64,000 bases of DNA from Ascidiella aspersa (taxonomy: Eukaryota), in assembly GCA_963924565.1 (NCBI GenBank), contig OZ004608.1, forward strand, positions 18,104,001 through 18,168,000. The letters are read 5' to 3'. Shown here piece by piece: positions 27,601-45,300 of the stretch (position 1 is its first letter; every line of letters begins with the position of its first letter). A model generated the notes under the pieces. It searched no databases and was not told the origin of the DNA. It worked only from the letters and a program-made list of their open reading frames with translations. A program made the translations under genes and the position numbers.

Positions 27601-28679
27601 TGGAATACATTTCCTGAGGCAAAGCTTGGTACAATGAACCTGCTGCAAGCCCATCAACATTACCATCTCTAGATTTGGTTCTAACAAGAGAAGGAAAAGA
27701 AAATTGACACAAACGCTAAACATTTTCAAATGAGACAAAGTTAAAAAAAATAAAAAGCATTATTTTATATTTCATGTCTTGGTGGACTGTGGACCTCTGT
27801 AACTTATGTTACCAATAAAACAGAACCATTAATAATATTATTAAAATAAGAAGTATTGTTTACTTTGAAGGAAAATTTTAAGGGATTGTTCTTTGTAGGA
27901 TGTGTATTTAATACATTATAATTGAGTAAAAATAATGCAACCTTCAGTAAAAAATAGGGGTCATTACCTGTAATCGGGTGCACCTGCGACTGTATCAACT
28001 ATATGATTCATAAAAGCAGCATCTTGTGTCTTGAGAATTTTGTTTGCAATCTCATGTCGACTCTCCGGGTGAGGGTGATTTAAAGCATGGTTAGTGACTG
28101 CATGCGGCAACTCATCCACCACTAAAACATAGAAAAATATTATATAATGTTTAAAGTTTTCTACTCAAATTGCACAGGCTACATGCAACATATTTTATGT
28201 TGTTAGAGTTGGCAAACAATTTTTTTCTGAGATACTTTTTTGTCAAGAAGTTAACATAAAAACATCATCGAAAAAACAGGTTTTTGTGGAATTTTTATGT
28301 TTGTAAGGAACCTTTATATTTGAATGAGAACAGAAGTCATTAAGGTACCTTTATATTTGAATAAGAACAGAAGTCATTTATCAAATTTAAGTAACTTTGT
28401 TGTCTGGGATATTACCCAAATGGCAATTGAAATTGTGCCACAAATAATCACATAAAAATAAAACTCCCAAGGATACAAAAATGGACTTTCAACAGAACAA
28501 AAAGTCAAGACAAGTATAAGTATTAGTATATATATGTTAGCAAATTATTATGATAACTCTATACAAGCACATATCATGTATATACAAGCATTAAAGACAA
28601 TAACAAGGAATAACTTACAGTCAGATATTCCAGGGATTGGATAACGTGGTATCTTTGTTAGATCATTGCCAAAATTCAT
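679..28679 (-). CDS. NIPBL: Nipped-B-like protein / Scc2 cohesin loader, 45 coding exons, ~2712 aa
   Basis: Exons (high to low): 28619-28679, 27968-28121, 27593-27680, 27400-27470, 27255-27322, 26497-26573, 26282-26415, 24788-26153, 23325-23574, 22749-22946, 20070-20312, 19235-19396, 18729-18940, 17639-17725, 17145-17403, 16392-16534, 15288-15469, 14103-14316, 13870-13949, 13497-13629, 12915-13136, 12531-12584, 11831-11938, 11046-11314, 10409-10616, 9743-9889, 9388-9522, 8884-9036, 8434-8533, 8026-8128, 7735-7870, 7079-7313, 6812-6966, 6437-6646, 6100-6186, 5800-5931, 5117-5284, 4115-4282, 3812-3907, 3494-3640, 2635-3014, 2178-2358, 1781-1883, 1579-1670, 679-846. All junction phases match; total 8139 nt. 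Recognisable NIPBL peptides: PFFVENVRELQL, LARLPTSKRNLRSYR, DYRPLFENLVHDLLATVNKPEWPASEMLLSLLGRLL, SLRVAALDYLG, DTGVSVRKRVIRILRD, QGLVHPVQCVPYLIA, IADNLAHFPY..DEPLF. N-terminus MNFGND..PGISDL resembles the MAU2-binding N-terminus. Exons 23325-23574, 22749-22946 and 12531-12584 are less certain than the rest. Confidence 0.97.
1391..1524. repeat. Tandem duplication, 2 x 67 bp
   Basis: ttgatttagttaggtttaa(c/a)aagacaaaagagtacgaat... repeated at 1391 and 1458. Confidence 0.9.
4760..4817. repeat. 22-bp tandem repeat, ~2.7 copies
   Basis: agagtg(a/t)cgtttattattcaat units. Confidence 0.9.
5507..5692. mobile_element. Degenerate hAT MITE
   Basis: CAGTGGTTTGCATC ... GGTTGAGAAACCTTG; TSD gtttaggc/gtttaaac. 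Confidence 0.55.
6238..6438. repeat. 25-26-bp minisatellite, ~8 units, abutting a NIPBL splice donor
   Basis: Unit aacttgtggtatttgggccatacct, with two variant units aacttgtggtattgtggaccttccct. Confidence 0.95.
13312..13457 (+). mobile_element. Probable short solo LTR (Gypsy-like), 146 bp
   Basis: TGTGGTG...CGCTACA inverted termini, pyrimidine-rich middle, AATAAA ~15 nt before the 3' end, flanks aagg/aagt. Confidence 0.45.
14352..14905. repeat. Tandemly duplicated interspersed-repeat fragment (2 x ~219 bp plus 2 x ~60 bp)
   Basis: agtagatagctgtaaa at 14352 and 14571. aacaagatatgtc(c/t)cgaaa occurs twice here and again at ~43083, so it is a dispersed family of unresolved class. Confidence 0.85.
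15524..15840. mobile_element. Degenerate hAT MITE
   Basis: CAGGGTTTCTCAACC ... GGTTGAGAACCAC termini; TSD not clean. Confidence 0.55.
19523..19923. mobile_element. hAT-type MITE, 401 bp
   Basis: TIR TAGGGCTATTAGTTTTTGAC / GTCAAAAAATAATCGCCCTA; perfect TSD gttataat; many subterminal GTCAAA repeats. Confidence 0.88.
20505..20906. mobile_element. hAT-type MITE, 402 bp
   Basis: TIR TAGAGATAGACCGATA / TATCGATCGATCTCTA; TSD ataaacac/atgaacac; subterminal CCGATA/TATCGG repeats. Confidence 0.8.
21206..21560. mobile_element. hAT MITE, 355 bp, in NIPBL intron
   Basis: TIR CAGCCGTTCTCAACC / GGTTGAGAACCACTG; perfect TSD gcttagga; subterminal GGGCCA repeats. Confidence 0.88.
22749..22946 (-). CDS. Putative symmetric (phase 1-1) NIPBL exon encoding a permuted/hybrid Tudor-like module
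   Basis: ccag|GT acceptor and G|gttcgt donor, 198 nt, open frame: GVQHIRVKFIADAEEADIYKLKDVLYPDDTEVNDFGELQPGTEIVAKWPMNGKRYAAIVIDPLDNT. Tudor-like pattern PGxxVxAxWxxxGxxYxAxV. Phases fit the flanking exons. Confidence 0.6.
23325..23574 (-). CDS. Putative NIPBL exon (phase 0 to 1) with GC donor
   Basis: ttttgtag|TTG acceptor, CAG|gcaagt donor, 250 nt open (LVMNATKKEAATISDHIIKCQNNFKNNPVLLLSK...LITVLP). It supplies the phase shift needed between exon 24788-26153 (ends phase 0) and exon 20070-20312 (starts phase 1). Confidence 0.6.
23480..23937. repeat. Tandem duplication (~205 bp, period ~250) covering an exon 5' end and its acceptor
   Basis: ~23480-23687 vs ~23733-23937, high identity; the second copy has a 1-nt deletion in the T run. 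Confidence 0.92.
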
Positions 28680-30255
28680 AGTTTCACCGTTCTTCTACTT
28701 TTGTATTTTACTTTCCATGATTGAAAAACAGCAAACAATCGAACTACCCAGTACTTAATTTATTGTATATACTTAAAATTAAAAGTTTGTAATGCATCTA
28801 CATTTAAATCTTTAAACAAGGACAACCAACAACAGATTAAGAAACATCCAAAAAAAAAACAAAGAGAAGATTCTAGGCAGTCATTTGTTAGAATCGAACT
28901 AATGTTTTACTTTTGTTGAAAATGCAGAGCAGGAATGTCCAACCTTTTAATATAATGGGCCTTGTGACTTTAAATATTTAAATGGGCCACAGAACCTATT
29001 AAATTAAATTTTATGAAAAATGTCAACATAAAACGAGTGACACATTTAGAATTTTTGTTTAAAGTGTAAGGATGAAAATGTTTAAATATTATGCCAAAAA
29101 ACAAATATTTTCAAACACCTGCTTGTAGTATGTGAACTCAGGTTAATAGAGGTAAATTTAAGTTCACAGAGCATAACAAGCTGTGGTACTGGACCTTTGG
29201 GCTGAAGATAACTTCTTAAAAAGGTCATAATCATACTATAAAATAAAAAAGTTCTTGGCAAGATTTTATTTTTTATTTTAATAGCAAATGCTAGAAATAT
29301 ATATAGTTTGTGGGGGGGGATAATGACCCTGTGCCTTCTTCCCCATAAAATGTCAACAAAATTAAACAAACATGCAGAACAGTGTAGTAGTTAAAAAAGC
29401 GGCAGTATGCCCACCCCTGATCTATACAAACCAATAGCAAAAAATATTGAGACTAACATGGCAAAGACAAGCTGCATTTAGCCCACTAAAGTAAATAAGA
29501 ATAAGAAAATAATACGTAAAGCGGCCGCTGTTTACACTAGATTTTAAAATATTTTGTTTTCGAACAAATCATTTATAAAAACACTTATATGGGCTGTTTA
29601 CAGAATATAGTGGCAAAAGCTTTCTTGTTAAACAGCATAAAGCAAAGCCTGTGATTGTGGATAACCTGTAAGTATTAACTTTTAGGGTTTTTAAATTGTT
29701 GTTTCTGTTTCAAATGCATGTTAAAATCACTACAAGTTAGTTTTCAAGTATGTAATAATCAAAACAAATTTGCAACATAATGCTGTGACTTTTAATACAA
29801 CAACACGGTATGTTAACTGTTTTAAAGTGTACTGTGTAAAAATAAAGTGGCAGCCTTAAACATTGACAGATGTTGCATTGATTGTATTTATAGTAATCGT
29901 GGCAACGTAACAGGATTAATTAGAGTAACTGACTTAATACCACAGACAAAAGTTACAACTAAATTCGGTTAGTATGGTTGCTATACAGTATACACTTTTT
30001 CAAAAAGTCCAACAGTATTACAACACTCCCTAACTACAATACGTTTTCCTAGGCCTAAAACAAGCAAGACGTCTTAACTGCAAACAGTTCAGGTCAATTT
30101 TACAAATAAAGAGACAGTACACTGTCATTACTATTAATAAAAAACACACGATGTCATCCGCTTTACGCTTGTAACTATGTTAACGCTTGGGATTATATAT
30201 TATTTAAAACAGTCGGGTCTCCTCACAAACATAGTGATCTAATAACCCCACCTAC

Positions 30256-30405
30256 CGATGCTTTTTACTATACGTCGAAATACGAAGCTGGCCATTTTGG
30301 ATTTTCCGTCACTTTCTTTTCCGATTTACAGTCTGATGGCTAGAGGGCGCTATAGAACAAAGAATTAAATATTATCTCCAATAATGTTGGCCACAGAGGG
30401 CAGTA
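30256..30405 (-). promoter_or_regulatory. Probable NIPBL promoter / non-coding first exon
   Basis: Donor-like G|gtagg at 30255. YY1-type CAAAATGGC (gccattttg, 30291-30299). Two YAGAGGGCRS motifs (30341-30350, 30394-30403). Lies ~1.6 kb upstream of the ATG exon. Confidence 0.4.
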
Positions 30406-32354
30406 TATATTCAAATCACTCCAACTTGTACGTTCAGTGATTATACTTTGTAGTAGCGCAACTGCCTAATAATAGTAATTCAATCGTATTGTATAAAAGC
30501 TTGTTAAATTAATAAAACATTTGTTTTATTAAACCAGACAAAAGTTATATTCCACCTAACGTTGGTTTAAAACAATATTCCTTAATTGTTTTTAGCGGCG
30601 GCCCAAATAATTACCAAAGCTTTGCGATCTAATTTTATTCACTGATTTATTTGCAAGATTGTAGTAAATGTCGCTTTGCTCTTGCTATTTTACTAATAGT
30701 TATTAGAAAATCCTCTCTGCAACCACCTTAATAAATGTACCGGTAACCAAGCCCACACGACATATGGGTTAGGAAAAACTGATTTAGAATACAATTGAAA
30801 AAATGTTTTAAAAATGTAATTCTAATTTAAATAGGCTACGATTTTAATTGTGTGACATTTTTTTTATTTATTTAAATGATTGCTCGTTGTGCTTTCATTA
30901 GGCAAATTATTTTGTTTGACAGTCAGCGTGTATCGCATGCGAAACAAAGTTAGCCTACATAATTTTAGTTTAACTATTGTCTAAATATCGTTTGTAACAC
31001 TCGTTTCAGGAAATGTATATGTACCGCATTGATTACAGCTGTTTTTAGTATACCAGTGGCAGTGTCACAAAAAAATACGAGCCCTGTGACTGTAAAATCT
31101 TACTGAGTCTAAAAGTAAATGACCAATCTTAAAAATTAAAGATGTTTTAGCAGCAACTGCGAAAATTCGCCACAAAAATATTGCTTATGTCCCCTAAGAT
31201 TGTTCAAGTCAACCATGTTTTTGTTACAGTGTCCACAGACAATTTAAATATCAAAACCTCTTAGGGAACACTAAGTTCAATTTTTGCTTTGGGCTGCATT
31301 ACGCTGGCGTCCAGTCTTTTCCAATACATGGGCTATTTGTAAGGATTCAATAGAGTTTATTCGGGTAGTATAAATGTCTACATGTATCGTAAAAGACTTA
31401 CTGTAACTATTTGTGAAGAGCAATTCGCTGACCTTTCCCGACTTCTTAAAGGGTAACAATAGACCCAAACGGGTTTGCACTTTTATATTGAAAAAGTTAG
31501 TCATGTGAAAAGTTTACTCGAAAGAACATGTTTTTGCTTATCGCTTTACATTGTCCTGTACTCACTTTCACCAACCGTAATTATTGTGAGCCAGAACGCC
31601 CGGATAGGCTATACTAGGTTGTATTGGCGTTTTCAAACAAATATACGCTTCAACGTCCTATATACGTATGATTGTGCTAAAATGCGTCATATAAACGCAA
31701 TACCAAGACGCCGTACCTGTCGAACGTTGACCTCTACGCAGAAAACGTACGTAAAGCATGGCCATAATTGGCATCAAAAATAGATTAGACTGCCAATTAG
31801 TGAGCAGGCCGATCACGTTGTCATATTTATCACGTACGAAGTACGGTGCAGTGTATTTAGTCGACATAACACATCCACGCACAGTAACAGATATCAAAAT
31901 GGGACTTTAGAGAGGGTGGAATTTATTTTCAAAAGCTTAAATTATGGTCGTTAAATTTTTCGATGCAGACGTGTCCAGTAAATAGGTGTAAAAATAACTA
32001 TGAGCGGAGACAATTACCGGAGTTTTGCGTAAGCTTCAGCGATATCCAACCCTACGAACGCATGAGAAATGCGTAAAAATAAATAAAGATAACCTTTCAC
32101 GACTGAGCACTCTCATTACCTTGAATATGTTTAAACTGTTTTATATTAAGTTTACGGACATAGCCTAATAAATGTTTAATTTGCTGAAAACTAGTGATAA
32201 ATCTATTCGAATTGTGCAGTTTAAAACTTCTTATAGTACTCAAACGATGGTCGATGCTTTCTTTTATTTTGGGCAAGATTCGATTGTCACCAATCAACAG
32301 AACAAGCATGGTGCTGGCCGAACACATGAAATAAATAGAACTGCGTTGAAAATT

Positions 32355-32812
32355 AGGAATAATAAATAAACGAGCAAAAAAAGTGTGAAGTCATGACAGC
32401 AGCGGTTTCGAAGTTGGCAAAGCGTGACGCCCCATTCCTTCTCGTCGTATGTTAATAAAACGGGTGGTAAAGGACTTTTTTAAGTTGAACGTAAAAAAGG
32501 CTTGGCGAAATATCGGATAGAAAACAACAAAAATAAATAAGGCTTATGAACTTATGGGATATTATTTCGCAGATGAAAGATGGCAGCACCCTGAAACAAT
32601 AATCACTTACAAAGATGTTTTAGAAAACGTAGACAAAAATAAAAATGTATCAAAGAAACCCGGATAATACACAACGCATCTTACAGATGCCAGTTTTTTC
32701 AGCAGCCAAATAAATATAAATAATCAAAATAATAAATAAAATAAAAAGAGGAATCGGTAGGATTGACATACAAAAACGCGATGTTATATTGTACACAATA
32801 AATAAATAAGAT
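32355..32812 (-). promoter_or_regulatory. AU-rich elements in the probable PLK 3' UTR
   Basis: Several TTATTTATT nonamers on the minus strand (near 32365, 32535, 32735 and overlapping at 32797-32810), downstream of the stop at 32993. Confidence 0.45.
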
Positions 32813-32992
32813 GCAAAAAAACGGACGTCAAAAAGTAGCATAACATTTCAAAAAATAAATATCGTAGAACTGCAATGTTTCGACAATACTGCAACTGTCG
32901 AGCTACTACGTAAAAGTATCGAATTTTTCTTCGGACATTGCACACAAATCTGTTTCATTACGAGCCGTTCGTTGAGCAAAGCCGTTTCTGGT

Positions 32993-38152
<5,160 letters not shown>

Positions 38153-41100
38153 TCACAAAAAATACTTAAATTTCACTGGTGGTATCTGCAAGACATTAAT
38201 TAAATAGCTTAAACAACACATTATTAAACACCTTTTACCGCTGTGAAAAAACGATATTAGCGCAAACCTTTCGCCCGCCAGTAAACCTGTGTTTGACGTT
38301 ACGCAGAGCAACACGACATATAAAAACAGAGCCCAGAATAAAATTGCCTTTTTTCCTTCCTTCCTTGCGCCGTGTTGCGAAGAGAAAAGAGAAACAACAC
38401 AGCGTCCTTCATTTCTGCTCGTGGCGCAACTACGCCTCTCGGGAACCGCCATGCCTTTCGGTCGTGGTCAGCAGAAACTCGGCCCTGTTTTTGTGGGAAA
38501 ATTAACAAAACATGATCAAACTGTATTTGCACAGTCTCCGGCGACGACCCGAAACAAAGTTGCACCAACGTAGTCGTAGCTGTGTGATAGCTCAACTTAT
38601 ATGGTATTCTAACGTCGGGTTCGGAACTTGAAGGTAAACATTCTTCGCGTGTTCTGTCAGCCAGGCTAAGTGGCCGTGGTGTCAATGAACATGGGCAGGT
38701 GATGTAATGATAAGTGACGCGACTCGTTGAAACACATGTCCGGGATTTTTAGACGTTTGTCGGGCCGTGTTTCGGCGTGCCTTCGAGTGGCCGGCAAAAG
38801 GAATGCAAAACCTTTTTCTCGAGTTATCTCCCATAGTCGCCAAATTATTTTAACAACGCGTGAGTCGGATCTATTCAGACGGAATGGTTTCATTATGAAA
38901 GCTTGTCTCGTTTTACTGGGCGTCCGCATTGGTGAAATTCCGTTCTCCCTTGGGATTCCTCCCATCCCTTTGCTGTGTGATTGGATGCGTAGAGACGATT
39001 ACCTCACTCTTTCGCCATTGTTGATGCATACCCAAGTACCCTGGCAAATTAAACAATACATTGTGGAGGGGAAAGCATTTGTTTGCATACATCGTCGGTG
39101 GACGTAATGCTACAAGTAGTTCTCTACTGCGATAGAAATGTGACCCGATCTTAGGTTACGATGTTCAGTTGATAAAAAATACCTCGTTAATTTGTGTGGG
39201 TGTTACCTTGCAAAAACGTGGGCAAAAGTGCAGCTCAATCAAATCGATTGTCATGGTAACAAATCAACATGGTTGGCTCATTATTGAAACAGCCTTTTTA
39301 CGGCGATTGTCCAAGGGCTGCCTACGTGGAGTTTAGTGGGACCTGTCTTTGTCTAGCTTCGCTTTGTTGTAGGTTTACGTTGTTGACTCGTTGCGTAGTC
39401 ACGCAATACGGGGCTTTCCCGGCATTCCAAATTGTTGAGGCCATTGTGCGCGATCGTTTCAGTTTTCCTCCAAAGGCGATGCTGCGCCACTGTTCTGTCA
39501 CCCATGTTATTGTGTACCTGTCATTAACGGATAGGCGCCTTTTGTAGCTGGTCCTCAAAGGGCGTGCCGATGGCGGTTGGGAATCAATGGCAAACCTAAA
39601 TCCGGAGCCCAGATAGCAAGTGAGAGCTAACATGGCTTCAAAGACGTCACTGCGGTCTTCGGGCCGCCACTTTTCATTTCACATCGCCTTCCTTTACAGC
39701 TGAGGGCGAGGTCAAGCTTTGTTTGGCAACGAGGCCATTCAATTAGTTGGAACTGGCGTTGTAAGCGTACCAGCTTAATTATAACCTGCCCTCTAGTCCC
39801 ATGGGGGAACCGATTAGGCGATTATTAACAAAAGGTTATCCGGCGAAGGCGCGACATGCCGCCTAATTGCACCACCTCCACTCCAATCCTTCATACAATT
39901 TTTCGAGATTTAAATGTTGTCGACCTCTGTGCTCTTGAAGAATGGAAATTATAATGTGATATTAGCACTTCCAGACTCCCGTTCTTTGGCAGGTTTTGTG
40001 GTTTCGTTTGACGCATAGCAGCAACTCAACTTCCTCTGTTGTGTAATTGTAGCTTGTAATTTCCGCACATACAAAAATGCTTAATGACTCGTTTTTGAAA
40101 TGTCATGTTGGGCCACTTTTTATGGTGGGACTTTGTGCTAACCGGATGTCATCAATATGCCATTTCTGGAAAGAAAACTACTGTTGCGCCAATTAAATTT
40201 AATAGATTAAGTTACCACACTAAAATCGTTTTGGCAAGAGTGATAGTAAACTACTTTTTTGAATATCGCGACAAAGAAATAAAACAAAAGCGCAATCAGC
40301 TTCCTATTTGGGCGGTACCCGTGAGGTGTAAATTAGCTGTGTGTTAAAACCTCAGACCCGCTTTTATATGCGGCTTTATACTGGTAATTATGTTGACATT
40401 GCGGTTTTGCTAGAAGTGTGACAAATTTTATTATATGGTATTTGTTCCACAAATTAAAATCCCATAAATTAGCTTTACATGCCAAACCCATACTTACGCA
40501 GCCTTTTATTTGGATAAATTCGGTAAAATTGACCTCATAGATTGTTTGACCTTCATATGTCTCCCAATCAACTTTGAAGCAGAATATGTCATTAACTTTT
40601 ATATTTTCGGCGGTCTTTGTATTTCCTAAAATGAACGCATTATTGAAAAATATTTCTAATAAACTTCAAGTTAAATGCTATTTTGTACAAAGGATTTACA
40701 ATCTATGTAACACATATAAGAGAATATAAAAATAATTTTCAAGATAAATAAATTAATTTTAAGTTTTTTACAGGTTGCATTAAATTATGTGTGTTTGACA
40801 CTGACAAGGTGTTATTATATTTAACAAGCGCAACATTTACTCATAAAATTATTTTGACTTATCCGTGACCGAAAGGTGATTACCGATGATAAGCCTGTTC
40901 GTGGAAATCACTCCTTGCGGAAACCTAACAGACAATCGCTGCGAATTTTGTCTGGAAAATTTTGAATAAACCTTTGCAAGTTAAAGAGGCAATCGTCTTG
41001 CCGCCTAATGGAGATTAAAAAAAATCTTACAAGCGATTTGTGCGCGAGATTGCGGTTGTTGAGTGCTTTTATGCTGACTTCCCAAAAGGCTGCAAATCAA

Positions 41101-41504
41101 TTTAGTTCAGTGACTTGGGGTTAAACAGTGAAAACAATTTTCAACTTAATTTTCTCGAAAGAGATGCAGAGGCGATATGCATGCAAAAAATGGTGTTCCT
41201 TGATAAACGAAAAACGCCTCGGCCCCCACTGCGGTTGTGTTAATGCTAAACGTTCACGCACCTTTTTTCTCTGGTGCTATTTTTGGCTAGGTCGTGCAAT
41301 CGCGGCGGAACGTGTTTTTAACGGGGAAGGTAATGCTCCTTATTAAGCGTTGAAAGGCCGGTAAAAAGCTTGATATAATCTTGGCCGCAAGTGAGCTCTT
41401 GTACCACGCCTTGCCACAAACAAGTATAAACTTTCTCTCACTGCGGCGTTTTACTGTACTCTGTTTTTCGTGTGTACGTCGTCGTATCATGTATCGCTTT
41501 AGTG

Positions 41505-42349
41505 CAGTGGTTTTCAACCTTTTTCATACAGCGACCCATTTTAACAACCCAATGTAACTAACGACCCCCTTGCAAAAATTTTGATTCGGACCTATGTAAT
41601 ACACTTATATATGCGCAATATCACAAAACACATAATTAAAATAACAAATTATAATACCACTCTGTTAAATTTATTAAATTCATCACCAACATTAGTGATA
41701 TGGCTGGTGTTGCAGCTTGACGACAAGCTTGTCTATGCGTGGCGCAGCGCTGTTGTTGCCAGAGGACACCTTAGATCTGGCTTTACTTGTGACATAATAC
41801 CCAAATATTTATCTTGATAATAATCGTTATTGTGATGTAATAACTAGTTATTGTCACCACTGTTAATAGTTATTTTGCAGTACGGTAAACACCTGTTTAG
41901 CTTGTGATTTCTGTCTTTATTTAATCCAAGAAAAAACATAGCGCAATATAAGTAATTGCAAATTGAATTACAGGTTAGAGTTTTCGCTTAGTTGTTTGAC
42001 AAATTTCGAGGACTGGTGTGTACAAGTTCTTTATTAAACGTAAAAGTGTGTACTGTTCCTGTGATTGATACCGGGAGCTAAATAGTAAGCCTACACTGTT
42101 AAAGTCATAGTCAATTTCGCAAATTGCTTCCTGGCTGCATCCTGTTTGAACAGGTGACTTTTATTCAACTGTTTGAACATTTACTGTCAACAACATTCAC
42201 TCATATCATTACAGATATTTTTCATGTTAATTAATTGGCATTATCGTAATAGTGATTGGTATTTTATTGTCGTCTTCGCGACCGCCGGAGAAAAGGCAAA
42301 CGACCCACCTGGGGGTCGCGACCCCCGACCCCCAGGTTGAAAACCACTG
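41505..42349. mobile_element. Non-autonomous hAT (Buster/Charlie-like) element, 845 bp
   Basis: Perfect 16-bp TIR CAGTGGTTTTCAACCT; 8-bp TSD ctttagtg/cttaagtg; no transposase ORF. Confidence 0.88.
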
Positions 42350-45300
42350 CTTAAGTGGCTATTCTGTGAAAATTACTGTGCGAGGCCATACGCTGTTTTG
42401 GTGCCGTGCATATTCAACTTGTCTCAGGAGGAGCGTCATTAGTTGGGCGTCGGACGGGCAGCCTCCGGTGCTACTTGTCACAAGTGCCGCAGTTGTCACT
42501 GACTGGACGCTTGATTCCTTTTATCTGAAGGACCGGCTTTCATACGACCGTGACATGGTCCTTACGTTATCAACCGCAAAAGGCTTGCTGTTTTGCAACA
42601 AACAGCACGCAATCACCCGGTGGGCCAAAACACATGCGTCACGCAACAATACTTGGTGAGCTTCTGGGGTTTGCTGAAAACAACGTATTAATTGTTTAGG
42701 AAACGATGGGTTTCGGGACGGCCATCAGTGATTGTTATGCTTCATCGTTTTAATGATAGCTGTGGCCAGCTGTCTGACGAGAATGTTTCGACCTTAACTT
42801 GCCAGCGAAGTATCTTTAAACACTACAACAGCAAAACACGCGTGTTCCAAAACGTAAATTGATTACCTAGGAAACTTCCAACATCTTCTCAGAATAATTG
42901 CTCGAACTGGTGATATCAAAGGAGGGTAACATAAATGCCCAATGTATTTTTTCAACATACGAACTATACAATATTTTTGGTAGCTGCTCTGCGACCCTAC
43001 CACATTAATTTTAACACTAACGAAATGAGTTGTCAAACTTTAAATCTCATGAAAGACATAAATATATACGAATAAAAATAATAACAAGATATGTCCCGAA
43101 ATTGAAAAATGCCCCATTTAATAATACTTGATCCGAGATTTTTTTGAATTAGTGAATTAAAAGAAGTGGTCCTTTAAATTGCATTATAGTGTGCATGATC
43201 GGCACTGGCAATAATACATTAAAGTAGTTTTCGAGAAAATAGTGATTAATTATTATATCTGACCTTCAATTTTTGTATATCGGAAGCCTTGGCTAACTAG
43301 TTACTCGCGTTTATTGTATTGTTCGTTAAATTTAAACAAAACATCTGGCCCAAGGCCATGCCATCCGAGGCAGCCCACCTAAAAAGGTGGCGTAAGTTCG
43401 ATAAGATCGCTATGGTCATGGCCATGCTCTGAACAAGTCTTATTGTTTACATAAATGCGAGATATTTCTCTTGGCTCACAGATAATTTGTTTTGGCCAGA
43501 CGTCGGCATCTTGTGTGTAGTATAATGTGCTGGAAAAACACGCCTGCACCAAATCAATATACTAACACTTCGGAACTCTGCTAATGTTGTTTTAACCGAC
43601 GACCGATACCTGAACGACTGAACGTTCGCTTTTGCTTGGATTTAGAGTTGACGAGGGACGCTCACTTATTTATGATTTTGTTGTTTTGTTGTCTGTTGCA
43701 CGTTGAAACAGTTTTATAGGCAGTAATGTAAACGACAAATTGACCCCGCCGCAATTCAGTTTATTTTCACGAGAAGCCTAACAGCACGTATTTTATTCTG
43801 TCGCACACCTCACCTTCTCAATTGCCTTAGTCTCGGTGTTTTGTTTAACAGCAGCTGTTGATCTAACGAGAAACAAATTGTGTCACGTCTGATAAACAAA
43901 TGCAATTGGATCGATATTTAGGTTACAATAAGAATTATAAAATGATGTCACTAAGTTGTCTTTTCTTTTAATAGACAAGCTTTATGGCACGCCATTTGAT
44001 GCTTTTTTCAGTAACTAAAATATGTAACCCCCACCATCTGAAGTTTTAGGAGGTTTAAGGAGGCTATTTGAGCGCAATCGAAATTTACTTTCTGTCACAA
44101 CATGGGAAAGCACATACTGCGTTTACAATTTTATGGCGCCATCGGCGATCCGATATCTTGTTGTCACTAACTGTCCGCATCAATGATTCAGTTTGCAAAT
44201 CCTATTTCGGTGTTGTCTTTCGCTTGTTTCGACAACAAATTAAGCCCATTATCGAAGCCGGTTTGTCGAATCGATCGCTTTTGCCGTATTTCGATCAATT
44301 GTTGCCATAACCTCCGGCATAAAGTTCCGTGGCCGTTCGAGCTCCTGTGGTCTCTTTGGCGCAAATCGTAGTTTTATCTGCGATGATTAATCAGTGGCGC
44401 CACACGCGTTCTACCTTAAACTCCGCACACTCGCGAGTTATAAGTTGTATTTAAATTGAACTTGAAGTGATTTTTGTTTTAAAAGCAGGTTCTAAAAATA
44501 ACATTTTAAACATTTTGACTAAGCAATTTTTTCTTCTTCAGTGTTGTGCATGAATTTGGAACTATTTCCTTATCGCCCTCTAAATCTTTTGCGATTTTAG
44601 TCCACATGTGTAGTCGAACGAAAGTTGCGAAACGAAGTCTTGCTTATCATACTATGTTTTTATTATTTAACGTATACTGCAACAAAATAAAAAACATCAC
44701 TGTTTTCGAAAGGTGAAGGACGACGATTTTTGCTCTAGCCGGCTAAATGGGTACAATTTGATGTGTTAACGATGGACGTGCCGATGTGCACGTCTGCGCA
44801 TTTACATTTCTCGAAGATAAAGGAGCTTTTGTGGGCGAAAACGCTTTCCTAAATCACGAAGCTGTCACATTAGCGAACCGGATTTGCTTGGTGCTGATGG
44901 TGCCGATGATTACACCAAGGTTCGAAAAGGATTTCGCTGTAATGTTAAACGAAAAGTGTCAAACAAGTTTGACTTAAAATATTTTTTTCGAAACATGGAA
45001 AAGAAATTATTTTCTGATATGTTTGGGATGCTTAGGGTCTAAGTTAAAAACTCAAACGAAGGATTGTAAAATATAGTTCACCATCCGGCCAATTACATGT
45101 CATCGCCCACTGGGGTGATTTTTGTCGAATAGTTTGTAACCCTGGGTTATTATGAATTGATTTATCACCTCAAAGTCGAATAGGGCGCTATTACAGGTTA
45201 ACCGTTAACCCATTTTTACAAGGCGGGCCTCTGTTTAGACAATTAGACTATACGGTTACTGTTAAAATGTCGACAGACGTGGCGAAACGTCTCGCAATGG

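Noticed and set aside
38153-39633. Cluster of 90-130-aa ORFs upstream of PLK as a separate gene
   Set aside because: Overlapping on both strands, mostly non-ATG starts, no domain motifs or consistent splice chain; explained by locally higher GC.
42252-42659. 135-aa ORF as transposase remnant
   Set aside because: It straddles the MITE end and flanking DNA and has no hAT transposase motifs.
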